A DNA stretch of 40,536 nt from a virus. Its lineage: Duplodnaviria; Caudoviricetes. Position 1 is the stretch's first letter; every line of letters starts with the position of its first letter. Position numbers and translations under genes: made by a program. A model generated the notes under the pieces. That model worked only from the letters and a program-made list of their open reading frames with translations, had not been told where the DNA came from and ran no database searches. Shown here one piece after another: positions 9,207 through 18,892 of the stretch. The stretch is from the IMG/VR virus record IMGVR_UViG_3300031965_000078, positions 1 to 40,536 of that record, one strand, 5' to 3'.

Positions 9207-9832
9207 TCGCGCTTGTTTGCCGATCTGGCGGCGAATACATGCCGGAACATGCTAACTGGCTTCTTCGGCAAATCCCGGCCCGACATACTGCCTTTGTGAT
9301 GACGGATCACCCGGCCCGGCTTTTCCGCGCCCCGGTTCTTCCCCTGCAAACTGATCTTCCCGGATGGTGGGCAAAGATAGAATTGTTCAGGCCCGGACTT
9401 CCTGACACCCCGATCCTTTATATTGACCTTGACACCGTGATCCGCGATATCCCGGACGATATTTTTGTTGAAGACAATTCCTTAATGCTGCAAGATTTTT
9501 ACCGTCCGAAAGAATCCGAATCCGGGATGATGTTGATCCAGCCGCGACACCGCCGGGCCGTTTGGGAAGCGTTCTGGCAAAATCCGGATGCGGCGCGGCG
9601 GATGCGTGGCGATGGTGCCTTTATCAGCCAGCATCTTCCGCACGAAAGATTCCAAGACAGGTTTCCGGACAAGATCGCATCTTTCAAGGCCAATATTTCA
9701 GCCGAACACGGCGGAAAGAATTTCCGTGGTGGAAGAAATGTTGATGATTATTCAATAATATGCTTTCATGGAAATCCTCGCCCTTGGGATGTCGCAAAAC
9801 AATTTGACTGGATTCCGGATGAATGGATATGA
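9197..9832 (+). CDS. GT-A fold (GT8-like) glycosyltransferase
   Basis: WWAKIELF, ILYIDLDTVI (DxD), SGMM, GD..FI, FHG.PRPW. Confidence 0.8.
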   Translation: MGLIALVCRSGGEYMPEHANWLLRQIPARHTAFVMTDHPARLFRAPVLPLQTDLPGWWAKIELFRPGLPDTPILYIDLDTVIRDIPDDIFVEDNSLMLQDFYRPKESESGMMLIQPRHRRAVWEAFWQNPDAARRMRGDGAFISQHLPHERFQDRFPDKIASFKANISAEHGGKNFRGGRNVDDYSIICFHGNPRPWDVAKQFDWIPDEWI

Positions 9833-10391
9833 GCAATATTGGCACGACCATGGCCTTGAAACCATCACGCCACGCGGCCTTGAAAATCCGGAAGGATTTG
9901 ACCTTTCACAAGCAATCCATGACGTATGCCGGGGAAGCGTTCTTGAAATAGGATGTGGCACCGGGCGGATCGCCCGGCACATCCCGGCGGCAATTTATAC
10001 CGGGGTGGATATAAACCCAAGCGCCATTGAAGCGGCGCGTAAAAACGTTCCCACACATGACTTCCGGCTTGTCGGCATTGAAACCGATCTTCCCTATGCC
10101 GATACGGCCATTCTGTACACGGTTTGCCTTCATATCCCCGATTCCCTCATAGAAGAACAGCTTATCCGCGCAACCGCAGCCGCGCCGTTGGTCGTGATCG
10201 CTGAAATCATGAACCCAAAATACCGCCGCGCATCGCCGGACGGATACAACATTTCCAATCAGCGCAGCCTTGAAGAATATACCCGGATGATGTCCGATCT
10301 TGGCTTTGATCTTGTCGAAGTGGTGAAGAAGCCCTACGCCTACTATTCAGGGGAGGAAATCACCTTTGCATCTTTTGCGGAGTCGCCATGA
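9819..10391 (+). CDS. Class I SAM-dependent methyltransferase
   Basis: VLEIGCGTGR, GVDINPSAIEAAR. Confidence 0.85.
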   Translation: MNGYEQYWHDHGLETITPRGLENPEGFDLSQAIHDVCRGSVLEIGCGTGRIARHIPAAIYTGVDINPSAIEAARKNVPTHDFRLVGIETDLPYADTAILYTVCLHIPDSLIEEQLIRATAAAPLVVIAEIMNPKYRRASPDGYNISNQRSLEEYTRMMSDLGFDLVEVVKKPYAYYSGEEITFASFAESP

Positions 10392-10882
10392 AGGTATTTT
10401 TTGAAAACGATTGGTGCCAGCTTTTCCATGGCGATTCATCGCAATTTGTCGGTGAATGTGATGTTGTCCTGACAAACCCATATGCGCCACTTCCGAAGTT
10501 CTTGCAAGAAAAGCCCATGTTTATTATTGATTTCAATTTCCGCCACTCCAAGGCGGAAGAAAGATGCGGGACAAAGCTTTTTCACCTTTCAAGCTGGTTT
10601 GAAGGGAAAAACGTCATATGGTACGGCAATATTGATGATGTCGGCCAATTGCACGATGTCGATTTTTCCCACATGATGCCGGAACCGGAAGGATGGTTCC
10701 CGTATGAACTGCCAAAGACAATTTTGCAAAATTTCTGTCAGCCCGGAATGACGGTTTGGGATGGATTCATGGGGCGCGGCACCGTTGGCCGTGCTTGCAA
10801 AGATTTGGGCCTTAATTTCATTGGCGTTGATAAACAAATGGACAGGGTGGAAAAGGCATATGACTACATCTTTCAACAATAA
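10388..10882 (+). CDS. Short, degenerate N4/N6 DNA-methylase-like protein
   Basis: LFHGDS, VLTNPY (degenerate DPPY), VWDGFMGRGTVG.AC..LG.NFIGVD. Confidence 0.7.
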   Translation: MKVFFENDWCQLFHGDSSQFVGECDVVLTNPYAPLPKFLQEKPMFIIDFNFRHSKAEERCGTKLFHLSSWFEGKNVIWYGNIDDVGQLHDVDFSHMMPEPEGWFPYELPKTILQNFCQPGMTVWDGFMGRGTVGRACKDLGLNFIGVDKQMDRVEKAYDYIFQQ

Positions 10883-11429
10883 ACGCGCAATGGTCGTGGC
10901 GCACCCGGACGATGAAACGCTATGGGGCGGCGGCCTGATATTGCGTCACCCCGGAGACTGGACGATCATTTGTTGCAGCATTCCGCGCCGTGATCCCGTG
11001 CGGGCGGAAAAGTTTCAAGACGCTTGCCGCGTTCTTGGTGCCACGCCACGCCTTATCATGGAAACGGAAAGTGAAGCGCACGAACCATTGCCCGGCCTGA
11101 AACACCTTGATCTTGAAGAATTTGGCCACATTGTCACCCACGGCGCACATGGAGAATATGGCCATGACCATCACAAGCAGGTTCATGCCCATGTGACAGG
11201 GATTTACGGGCACAAACGCCTTTCCTTTTTTGGCTTCCGCCTTGCTGGTGTCGGGCACACCGTACTTGTTTTAAAGGCGGAAGAAGTTGAAAAGAAACTT
11301 TTGGCATTAAAGTGCTACAACCACATATGCCCATCGTATCGAATCCCGAAGTGGGAGGGTCTTTTGAAAAGATACAAGAAAGATGGGTACAGCATAGGAG
11401 TTGAAAGTTATGATGGAGTCGGTTTCTGA
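10860..11429 (+). CDS. PIG-L/LmbE family N-deacetylase
   Basis: VVAHPDDETL and THG.HGEYGH.HH metal-binding motifs. Confidence 0.88.
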   Translation: MTTSFNNKRAMVVAHPDDETLWGGGLILRHPGDWTIICCSIPRRDPVRAEKFQDACRVLGATPRLIMETESEAHEPLPGLKHLDLEEFGHIVTHGAHGEYGHDHHKQVHAHVTGIYGHKRLSFFGFRLAGVGHTVLVLKAEEVEKKLLALKCYNHICPSYRIPKWEGLLKRYKKDGYSIGVESYDGVGF

Positions 11430-12453
11430 CTACCAAAAATTCAGGATATCCCCGGAAGGTCTTGTTCAAGAACCCGGAGGAATTATGCTGGAAAAAATGG
11501 ATGCAATTCCGGTTGGTGATTTGCATGGAGTGAATGTTCTAGATGTCGGATGTGATGCCGGGTTCTGGTCTTTCATGGCGGCCAGCGAAGGCGCACAAAG
11601 TGTTGTAGGTCTTGACCGAAACCGCACCATCAAAGGAAAAAAGGTTGATCTTGTCGCGGAAAATAACAGGATCGCACGTAGACATGCGCGGCTGAAAAAT
11701 TGCCGATTCCTTGAACAAAACATAGGGAAGCAATGGAGATTGCACGGCCTGTTCCAGCGCATTTTCATGTTCTCTGTCTATCACCATATTTTTGAAAACT
11801 GCATGGATCACGAATCCATATGGCTTTGGGCGCGTCTTCAATGCTGGCCGGGTTCAATCCTAATCTATGAAGGCCCGCTTGATGATAAAGATGTGGTTGT
11901 CCAGAAAAACGTGTCAGAGGATAAGCGGTGGATGTTCACGCGGGAAAAGATCGTGGCCGCCGCTGAAAAATATTTTGACGTGGAATATGTAGGCCCGGCA
12001 AAACACGAACCGCACAGGCATGTTTTTCGCCTGAAAGCGAAGGCCATGACGAACCCGGACACCTTCACGGGCCGGGCAAAGCACGGCGCGGGCGGTGCTT
12101 CCATCGCCTTCATGCACGGGCGCGGGGCGCGTATGGACGCAATTCGGGATATCCTCGGATTCACGCCGTTCCCCGGTTCCCTGAACGTGGATTTGGACAG
12201 GAATTTTGAATGGGGAAGCGGTTATTTCCGCGCCGATCTAATGGACTGGCGTAATCGTTCGGAGGGGTTTGATAGCCCGATTTGCATCAAAAAAGTGAGA
12301 TTCTACCCGGTAACGGTCAATGATTATCATGCATATGTCATGCGGTTTGAAAAAGATGATTATGCCCCTAATTTCGTGGAGATTGTTGCGGACTGTAAAT
12401 TGCGCGATGTTCTGGCCGATGATATGATAATATTGAAGAAAAGGGGCGCGTGA
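11410..12453 (+). CDS. SAM methyltransferase fused to a CTP-dependent riboflavin-kinase-like domain
   Basis: N-terminal VLDVGCDAGFWSF; C-terminal G.G.AS..., LGFTPFPGSLNV, VEIVA..KLRD.L; AGGAG RBS. Confidence 0.72.
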   Translation: MMESVSDYQKFRISPEGLVQEPGGIMLEKMDAIPVGDLHGVNVLDVGCDAGFWSFMAASEGAQSVVGLDRNRTIKGKKVDLVAENNRIARRHARLKNCRFLEQNIGKQWRLHGLFQRIFMFSVYHHIFENCMDHESIWLWARLQCWPGSILIYEGPLDDKDVVVQKNVSEDKRWMFTREKIVAAAEKYFDVEYVGPAKHEPHRHVFRLKAKAMTNPDTFTGRAKHGAGGASIAFMHGRGARMDAIRDILGFTPFPGSLNVDLDRNFEWGSGYFRADLMDWRNRSEGFDSPICIKKVRFYPVTVNDYHAYVMRFEKDDYAPNFVEIVADCKLRDVLADDMIILKKRGA

Positions 12454-12454
12454 T

Positions 12455-12898
12455 ATGACATTCACATACGATTCCACGGACATTTCCACTGATCTTGCCA
12501 AGGCGCGTTTGGCCCTTGGCGATACGGATTCAGCATCGCCGCTTTTGACGGATGAAGAAATAAATCACTACCTTTCTTTGGCCACGAACGTTTACATGGG
12601 GGCCGCGCTGGCCGCCCGCGCCATTGCCGGGAAATTCGCCCGCATGGCAGACACGCAAATTGAAACTGTGTCTGTTCGTAATTCTCAAAAGTCCATGCAA
12701 TATAACGCGCTGGCGGAACAGCTTGAAAAGATGGCTGGCGTGAACGGCGCGAATATCGGCCCATCTGCCACGGGAATCAGCATTGACGCGATGGATGCGG
12801 CGGATGACTTGACGGATCGCCCGCAGCCCGCATTCAAGCAAGGGCAATTTAATGATCCCCCGAATCGGGACGATAGGGATGATGTCAAATGGCGATGA
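12455..12898 (+). CDS. Head-tail adaptor protein
   Basis: R..LGDTD...LLTDEEI..YL motif; gene order. Confidence 0.75.
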   Translation: MTFTYDSTDISTDLAKARLALGDTDSASPLLTDEEINHYLSLATNVYMGAALAARAIAGKFARMADTQIETVSVRNSQKSMQYNALAEQLEKMAGVNGANIGPSATGISIDAMDAADDLTDRPQPAFKQGQFNDPPNRDDRDDVKWR

Positions 12899-13236
12899 TT
12901 GAAGATGTTGCATATCTTGTCGAAGCGAAGGGCCGCAGCCTGACCATTAAAAGGAACACCACCGGGCCATATGATCCCGCCACTTCATCGGCCACGATTT
13001 CGGAAGCCAACGTTTCGGCGGAAGGCTTTTTGCTGGACTACAAGGAACGGGAACGCGATGGGCAGCGAATCAAGGCCGGGGATAGGAAGGCCGTGATCCA
13101 AGCCAAAAGCCTGACCAACCCGCCGCGCATGGGTGATAAGATTTCGGATGGATCAGTGGAAGGGAATATTGTTTCGGTACGGATCATAGAGGAGTCCGGA
13201 ACGCCCATGGCGTATGTTTGCCAGTTGCGTTATTAA
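12889..13236 (+). CDS. Head closure protein
   Basis: G.YDP.T, DG.RI.AGD.K motifs; gene order. Confidence 0.75.
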   Translation: MAMIEDVAYLVEAKGRSLTIKRNTTGPYDPATSSATISEANVSAEGFLLDYKERERDGQRIKAGDRKAVIQAKSLTNPPRMGDKISDGSVEGNIVSVRIIEESGTPMAYVCQLRY

Positions 13237-13255
13237 AACATTTTTCGGGGTTTTT

Positions 13256-13687
13256 ATGACTGAAAACGCGCAATTTATGTTGGATATTGACCGATTCATC
13301 AAAAAGGCCAAAGGCCGCGAAGCCCGTTTTGTGCGCGAATTTGCACAGGACTTAGCCGAAGAAATCATTCAGGAAACCCCCGTTCAAACCGGGTTTCTTC
13401 GCGCTTCATGGGCCGCCGGGATCAACGCACCGGACAGCGGCCACATGGGCCAGCGCGGCACCGTGGATTCCCCTTCCGATCCCGGCGGTACGATGGGCCG
13501 CATTTCGCTGAACCTATCCAAAGCGCGGCCCGGCGACACCATTTTCATTTCCAACAACGCTGAATACGCCCCGCATGTTGAATTTGGCACGTCCAAAATG
13601 TCACCCCGCGCCTTTGTCCGAAGAACAGTTGCGCGGGCGGCGCAAATAGCGGAAAATACACTTCGAAGGGTAGTTCGTAGTGGCTGA
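13256..13687 (+). CDS. HK97 gp10-like tail completion protein
   Basis: TPV.TGFLRASW, NN.EYA.HVEFGTSKM.PR.F. Confidence 0.85.
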   Translation: MTENAQFMLDIDRFIKKAKGREARFVREFAQDLAEEIIQETPVQTGFLRASWAAGINAPDSGHMGQRGTVDSPSDPGGTMGRISLNLSKARPGDTIFISNNAEYAPHVEFGTSKMSPRAFVRRTVARAAQIAENTLRRVVRSG

Positions 13688-14093
13688 TTTTTCTGACATT
13701 CGCAGGGCTTTGGAACGGCAATTGGCGGGGATATCTGGTATTCCGCAAATAGCATATGAAAACACCGTATATAATCCGGAAGCTCAAACATCTTATGTAA
13801 GATGCATGTTGGAGGTTACGACACAACGCCCGGCGGCGGTGGGGGTCGGCGTGGAAACGCGCCATTCCGGACTGTTCCTTGTGGATTGCTTTGTCCGTGC
13901 GGATGATACGCAAGGCGGCCCGCTGGCCGCCGATGTGCTGGCGGAAAAGGTGATGGACGGATTCACCTATGGCCAAGTCCTAACCGAAAACAGCAAGCGC
14001 ATTGTGATCCGGTTCAGCGAAAGGCGCGGCGGGCGGAATGATCCGCCTTGGTATTTCGTTCCTGTTACGATAGAATGGTATTGCTATTTTTAA
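13680..14093 (+). CDS. Tail terminator protein (DUF4128-like)
   Basis: IAYEN..Y.P...YVR, G.F.VD.F, W...PV.I.W; gene order. Confidence 0.75.
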   Translation: MADFSDIRRALERQLAGISGIPQIAYENTVYNPEAQTSYVRCMLEVTTQRPAAVGVGVETRHSGLFLVDCFVRADDTQGGPLAADVLAEKVMDGFTYGQVLTENSKRIVIRFSERRGGRNDPPWYFVPVTIEWYCYF

Positions 14094-14108
14094 TGAAGGG
14101 GGCATGTA

Positions 14109-15017
14109 ATGGCATTCGCACAAGGTTCAAGATCACAACTGGCTTATGTCGCAGAAAGCGTGTTTGGCACAACGCCAGCAACGCCTTCCACAATCCTTTT
14201 GCCGATCAACACGCATTCCCTTGACCTGAAAAAATCAATCGTCCAGAGCGCGGAAATACGTTCGGATAGGCAAGTGGCCACATCGCGGCACGGCAACAAA
14301 AGCGTATCCGGTAATATCGCGGTTGAATTTCGCGCCGATGATTACGATGCGCTTCTTGAGTCCGCGCTTTTCGGAGCATTTACTTCTAATGTCCTGAAGC
14401 TCGGCACCACGTTCAAAAGCTTCACATTTGAAGACGGTGCGCTTGACATTTCACAATACCGAGTCTTCACTGGATGCGCGGTCAACTCTTTTGAATTGGA
14501 TGTCCAGCCAAACGCCATGGCCATGGCTACATTCGGGATCATCGGCAAGACGCAAGCCGCGCCTTCCGGGTCTTCCATTGATGCCAGCCCAACGGCGGCC
14601 AGTGGCAATGATCCGTTCGATTCCTTCACGGGCACCATCACCGAAAACAGTTCCAGCCTTGCGATTGTCACGGGGCTGAAAATGCGGGTGGAAAACAGCC
14701 TTAGCCCCACGTTCATCATTGGTTCAGATTCCACGCCGCAACTTGAATACGGGCGCGGCAGGGTCACGGGGGAATTGTCGTGCTACTATCAGGACGCGGC
14801 CCTTCTTACCAAGTTCATCAACGAAACGGAAACCGATCTTGTGTTCAGCCTGACCGATGGCGTGACAGGCAACACGTATGAATTTGATCTTCCGAAGGTC
14901 AAATTGAACGGCGGCGATGTGCCTTTGGCCAACGAACAATCGCGCATCATCACCATCCCGTTTGAAGCACTGTACAGTTCTTCGGACGCAACCACCCTGA
15001 CCATCACAAAATCCTAA
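14109..15017 (+). CDS. Major tail tube protein
   Basis: YVAE..FG.TP, S.EIR.DRQ, G...VTG....Y; gene order. Confidence 0.88.
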   Translation: MAFAQGSRSQLAYVAESVFGTTPATPSTILLPINTHSLDLKKSIVQSAEIRSDRQVATSRHGNKSVSGNIAVEFRADDYDALLESALFGAFTSNVLKLGTTFKSFTFEDGALDISQYRVFTGCAVNSFELDVQPNAMAMATFGIIGKTQAAPSGSSIDASPTAASGNDPFDSFTGTITENSSSLAIVTGLKMRVENSLSPTFIIGSDSTPQLEYGRGRVTGELSCYYQDAALLTKFINETETDLVFSLTDGVTGNTYEFDLPKVKLNGGDVPLANEQSRIITIPFEALYSSSDATTLTITKS

Positions 15018-15029
15018 AGGGTAACAATC

Positions 15030-15437
15030 ATGGACATTACGAACCTTCAACTTTCCGACAAGCCCCAACCTTGTACCATTCTTCACCCCGCAACGGGTGA
15101 AGAAACCGATATCGTGATCCTATGCCTTTCCCCGGATCATCCAGACTACAAGAAAACGATGATGAAGCAAATGCGGAAAGGTATTGACACAAAGAGCGTG
15201 AAAAAGCTGGACAAGGCCGATATTGACCAGATCATAGACCAAATGAGCGCGAACCGCGAAGATGCCATTGCCGCCATGGTCACGGGCTGGAAGAACATCA
15301 AGATTGATGGAAAGGTCTTAAATTACAGTGAAGAAAACGCCGTAAAGCTGTTCCGGGAATACCCTTGGATGATGGAACAGGTGGAGGTGTTTTGCGATAA
15401 GCGTGAAAATTTTTTCGGGAAGAAAAAGACCGCCTGA
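15030..15437 (+). CDS. Tail assembly chaperone (G-like)
   Basis: HP.TGE, GW.N, P.MMEQV...NFF end; follows the tail tube gene. Confidence 0.82.
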   Translation: MDITNLQLSDKPQPCTILHPATGEETDIVILCLSPDHPDYKKTMMKQMRKGIDTKSVKKLDKADIDQIIDQMSANREDAIAAMVTGWKNIKIDGKVLNYSEENAVKLFREYPWMMEQVEVFCDKRENFFGKKKTA

Positions 15438-15811
15438 TTGAATTTTCCCGATGGTATTTTGATCTTCATCTTCCACGCGATGGACAGCCTTCAAAATACG
15501 ATCACTTGAAACAGGCGGAAAAGTCCGGCGCGAAACCGCCGGAATTGGAACCCCCGTGCGAAATGCCGGAATGCTTGGCGCATATCTGGATTCTCTGGAA
15601 AGATGTGTATCTTGAACGCGAATCAGGTTTCGGTGTTCAAATGCTGAAAGTTCGTGATATTATGGGGTGGGCGAACGCCTTTCAGGTATCGCTTTTGCCG
15701 TTTGAGATTGAATGCATTCAGGCGATAGACCGGGAGTTTGTGGGGGCGCACGATGGACATAGCCAGCCTGAAAGTAAAGGTAAACAGCCAAGAAGTGGCG
15801 CAGGCCGATAA
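15410..15811 (+). CDS. Tail assembly chaperone, -1 frameshift extension (GT-like)
   Basis: In-frame T TTT TTC at 15410-15416; the -1 frame is open from there into ORF 15506-15811. Confidence 0.75.
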   Translation, partial: FFREEKDRLIEFSRWYFDLHLPRDGQPSKYDHLKQAEKSGAKPPELEPPCEMPECLAHIWILWKDVYLERESGFGVQMLKVRDIMGWANAFQVSLLPFEIECIQAIDREFVGAHDGHSQPESKGKQPRSGAGR

Positions 15812-17702
15812 AGCCCTTGATCGCTTTTCGGAGTCTTCCAAAAAAGCCGCTGGCGCAACTGGCACCCTGAACCGTGAATTGGCCACTAACAAAAATTCCG
15901 TGCGCGGCTTCGCCGGGGCCATAAGCGGTGTCTTGATGTCAGCCCTTGGGCGGCTGGCCAGCATATACGCCGCTATCAGGGCAATCCGCCTTGCCGATGA
16001 ATTTACACAGCTTCGCGCCCGTGTCCAGCTTTCCACGCGCAGCCTGATTGAATCTGCCGCGGCATGGCGCGGGCTTTTGGATATTTCGCAGCGTACAGGG
16101 TCGGCGGTTGCGGCTGGTATTTCTGTTTTTCAAAGACTTTCTTTTGTGCGCGATGAAATCAAGGCAACAACCCAAGAAATGTTGCAGTTCACGGAAACGG
16201 TTTCAAAACTTGGAACGATTGCCGGGGCAACCCCGGATGCTTTGCGTTCAGGTCTTACACAGCTTGGGCAGGCTCTGTCTTCTAGCGTGGCGCGGGCGGA
16301 AGAATTTAACAGCATCATGGAAAACATTCCCGCCGTTGGTGTCGCCATTGCTGAACAGCTTGGCGTGACCACCGGGGAAATGCGCCAGCTTGTCATCAAC
16401 GGGAAGCTTCTTTCCGAAGATGTGTTTGCCGCTATCCTGAACGCCACGGCAAAGGCAAATGAACAGTTTGAGCAAATGCCCCTGACGGTATCGCGGGCGA
16501 TGGGTATATTCAATGCCACGCTTCTTGAATTTATCGGAACGCTGAATGAATCCATCGGGGCCACGGAATTTCTTGCGAAGGTCATTGTGTGGGCTTCGGA
16601 TCGCCTGAAAGAAATGGCCGCCACGGTGAAGATCATCACAAGTTCGTTCAAAGCCATTGGCCTTGCAGCAAAACAGGCTTTTAACGATGTGCTGATTCAC
16701 TTCCAAACCATGTATAACAAGGTTGCCATTGCGCTGGACAAACTCACAGGCGGGCGCGTGAAGCCCGAATTGATGACCAGTGTTTTCAAAACGAATTATG
16801 AAGACCAGATAGCCAGCCTTCCGACAAGCCAAGAAATCATCCGTGAAGCTTTCCCGGAAAGGAAGGACGCTGAACAGCCTTCAACGCGCCAGATTGCTAC
16901 GGATTATAAAAAAATAGCGCAAAGCCTTGTTGGTAGCGATGATGAATCAAAGAAAAAAGCCGAACAAATAAAAAAGGTCATTGAAAACCTGAAATTCCAA
17001 AATGACCAGATGAAGCGCACGAATGAACAGCAGGAAATTTATAACGCCTTGCGCCAAGCTGGAGTTGAAATAGACAGCGCGGCGGGTCGCCAGATTGAAG
17101 AATTGGTTCGCCAGCATCAAGCCTTGGAAAAAGAACAAAAGGCCATTCTAGATATCATTGATGCGGCGGATCGCGGCTTTAAATCCCTATGGGATAACGC
17201 CATTACGGGCGCGGGATCGTGGAGAGATTCCATGAGTGGTATTCTTAATGATGTTTCCGACATGTTCTATGACATGATGATCCGAGACAACTTGAAGGGT
17301 ATCATGGGCGGCCTTCTTGGCGGTTCTGGTGGCGGTGGTGGTTTGTTCAGCGGTCTTTCCGGCAGCATAGGAAGCATGTTTTCAAGCTTCCTGCCCGGCT
17401 TTGCGGAAGGCGGCGGGTTCACCATCGGCCCCAATACTTCCGTTGGCTCTATAAGCGGCGTGGATAACCGCCTTATTGCGTTCCGTGGCCGTGATGGGGA
17501 AAGGGTTTCTGTCACCAAGCCCGGACAGCAAATGGGCGGCGGAAACAGCGTTACTTACAACATAGATGCGCGGGGCGCGGAAACTGGCGTGGAACAGCGC
17601 ATTGTGTCCGCCCTGACCGCGCTGGATAGAAGCATTGAAACCCGCGCCGTGAAAGCCGTACAGACAAGCTTCCAGCGTGATCCTAATTTTGGAAGGCGGT
17701 AA
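15753..17702 (+). CDS. Tape measure protein
   Basis: QLGQALSS...AEEFNSIMEN tape-measure domain; FA.GG near the C-terminus. Confidence 0.92.
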   Translation: MDIASLKVKVNSQEVAQADKALDRFSESSKKAAGATGTLNRELATNKNSVRGFAGAISGVLMSALGRLASIYAAIRAIRLADEFTQLRARVQLSTRSLIESAAAWRGLLDISQRTGSAVAAGISVFQRLSFVRDEIKATTQEMLQFTETVSKLGTIAGATPDALRSGLTQLGQALSSSVARAEEFNSIMENIPAVGVAIAEQLGVTTGEMRQLVINGKLLSEDVFAAILNATAKANEQFEQMPLTVSRAMGIFNATLLEFIGTLNESIGATEFLAKVIVWASDRLKEMAATVKIITSSFKAIGLAAKQAFNDVLIHFQTMYNKVAIALDKLTGGRVKPELMTSVFKTNYEDQIASLPTSQEIIREAFPERKDAEQPSTRQIATDYKKIAQSLVGSDDESKKKAEQIKKVIENLKFQNDQMKRTNEQQEIYNALRQAGVEIDSAAGRQIEELVRQHQALEKEQKAILDIIDAADRGFKSLWDNAITGAGSWRDSMSGILNDVSDMFYDMMIRDNLKGIMGGLLGGSGGGGGLFSGLSGSIGSMFSSFLPGFAEGGGFTIGPNTSVGSISGVDNRLIAFRGRDGERVSVTKPGQQMGGGNSVTYNIDARGAETGVEQRIVSALTALDRSIETRAVKAVQTSFQRDPNFGRR

Positions 17703-17704
17703 AA

Positions 17705-18319
17705 ATGACCATCACATATCCACTTTCATTTCCTACGAACCTTGGCATTTCCAGCTTCATGTTGGGATTGCGTGAAAGCATTGGCCGGAACGAAAGCCCG
17801 TATTCTTTTGACGAACAAATCTATGACAACATGGGCCAGATGTGGGAATTGGAAATCGGTCTTCCGAACATGAAGCGCGATGATGCGGAAGATTTCAACG
17901 CTTTTCTTTTGAAGCTTCGCGGTAGATACGGAACATTCCTTGTTGGTGATCCGAACGCCGCCACGCCACGCGGCACATGGGCGGGAACCCCGGTTGTGGA
18001 TGGCGGAAGCCAGACTGGTTATAACCTGAACGTGAAGGGATTCGATGCCGGGGCAACCGTCAAGGCCGGGGATTATTTCAGCCTTGGCAGCGGCGCAAAC
18101 ACCCACCTTCACAAGATCATCACGGATGGAACGGCGGATGGCAGCGGGGATTTGACGCTGGAATTTATGCCCATGCTTCGCGCCAGCCCGGCGGATAACG
18201 ATGCCCTGACTTCTTCCGGGGCGAAGGGGCTTTTCCGCCTTGACAGCAATATAAGCCCGTTCCAGATCAATCAGGAAAGCGTGTATTCAATCAAATTCAG
18301 AGCGAAGGAATCACTGTAA
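17705..18319 (+). CDS. Distal tail protein
   Basis: SP.S..EQ, FL..LRG..G.F, P.LR.SP; follows the tape measure gene. Confidence 0.65.
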   Translation: MTITYPLSFPTNLGISSFMLGLRESIGRNESPYSFDEQIYDNMGQMWELEIGLPNMKRDDAEDFNAFLLKLRGRYGTFLVGDPNAATPRGTWAGTPVVDGGSQTGYNLNVKGFDAGATVKAGDYFSLGSGANTHLHKIITDGTADGSGDLTLEFMPMLRASPADNDALTSSGAKGLFRLDSNISPFQINQESVYSIKFRAKESL

Positions 18320-18892
18320 ATGGCGCGTGATCTTACAGCGGGGTATATCACGGAAATTGAAGCAAAGGTTTTGCGCCCGGCAATCTTTGTGAAGCTGTTT
18401 TATGATTCCGCCACGGTCTATGTTTGGTCTGGATATGGTTCAAAGGATTGGAATGGTGATACATACGCTGGCCTTGGCCATCTTGCTTCCATCGGCAAGA
18501 TAGAGGAAACACAAGTCGTGAGGGCAAACGGCGTGAACCTGTTCCTGAACGGCTTTGATTCAAGCCTGATATCCCTTGCCCTGCAAGAAGACTATCAGGG
18601 CCGCGCCTGTGAAATATATTATGCCGTTCTGGATTCCAGCGGCGCACCTATTTCCGATCCGTATCTTATTTTTTCAGGGAACATGGATCAAAAGGAAATA
18701 GAAGATAACGTGGAAACCGCCAACCTGATTCTTTCGGTTGAAAACGAATTGATTGACCTTTTCAAACCGCGTCTTAGCCACTACACGCCGGAAGACCAAA
18801 AATCACGATATCCCGGAGACAAGGGTTTTGATTTCATCCCCTTCATGCAGGATGCGGATATTATCTGGAAGGCGGCGGACAAGAAAAAATGA
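18320..18892 (+). CDS. Tail tip / hub protein
   Basis: W.G.TY.G.G, F.G.MD, YT..DQ..RYPGD.GF. Confidence 0.7.
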   Translation: MARDLTAGYITEIEAKVLRPAIFVKLFYDSATVYVWSGYGSKDWNGDTYAGLGHLASIGKIEETQVVRANGVNLFLNGFDSSLISLALQEDYQGRACEIYYAVLDSSGAPISDPYLIFSGNMDQKEIEDNVETANLILSVENELIDLFKPRLSHYTPEDQKSRYPGDKGFDFIPFMQDADIIWKAADKKK

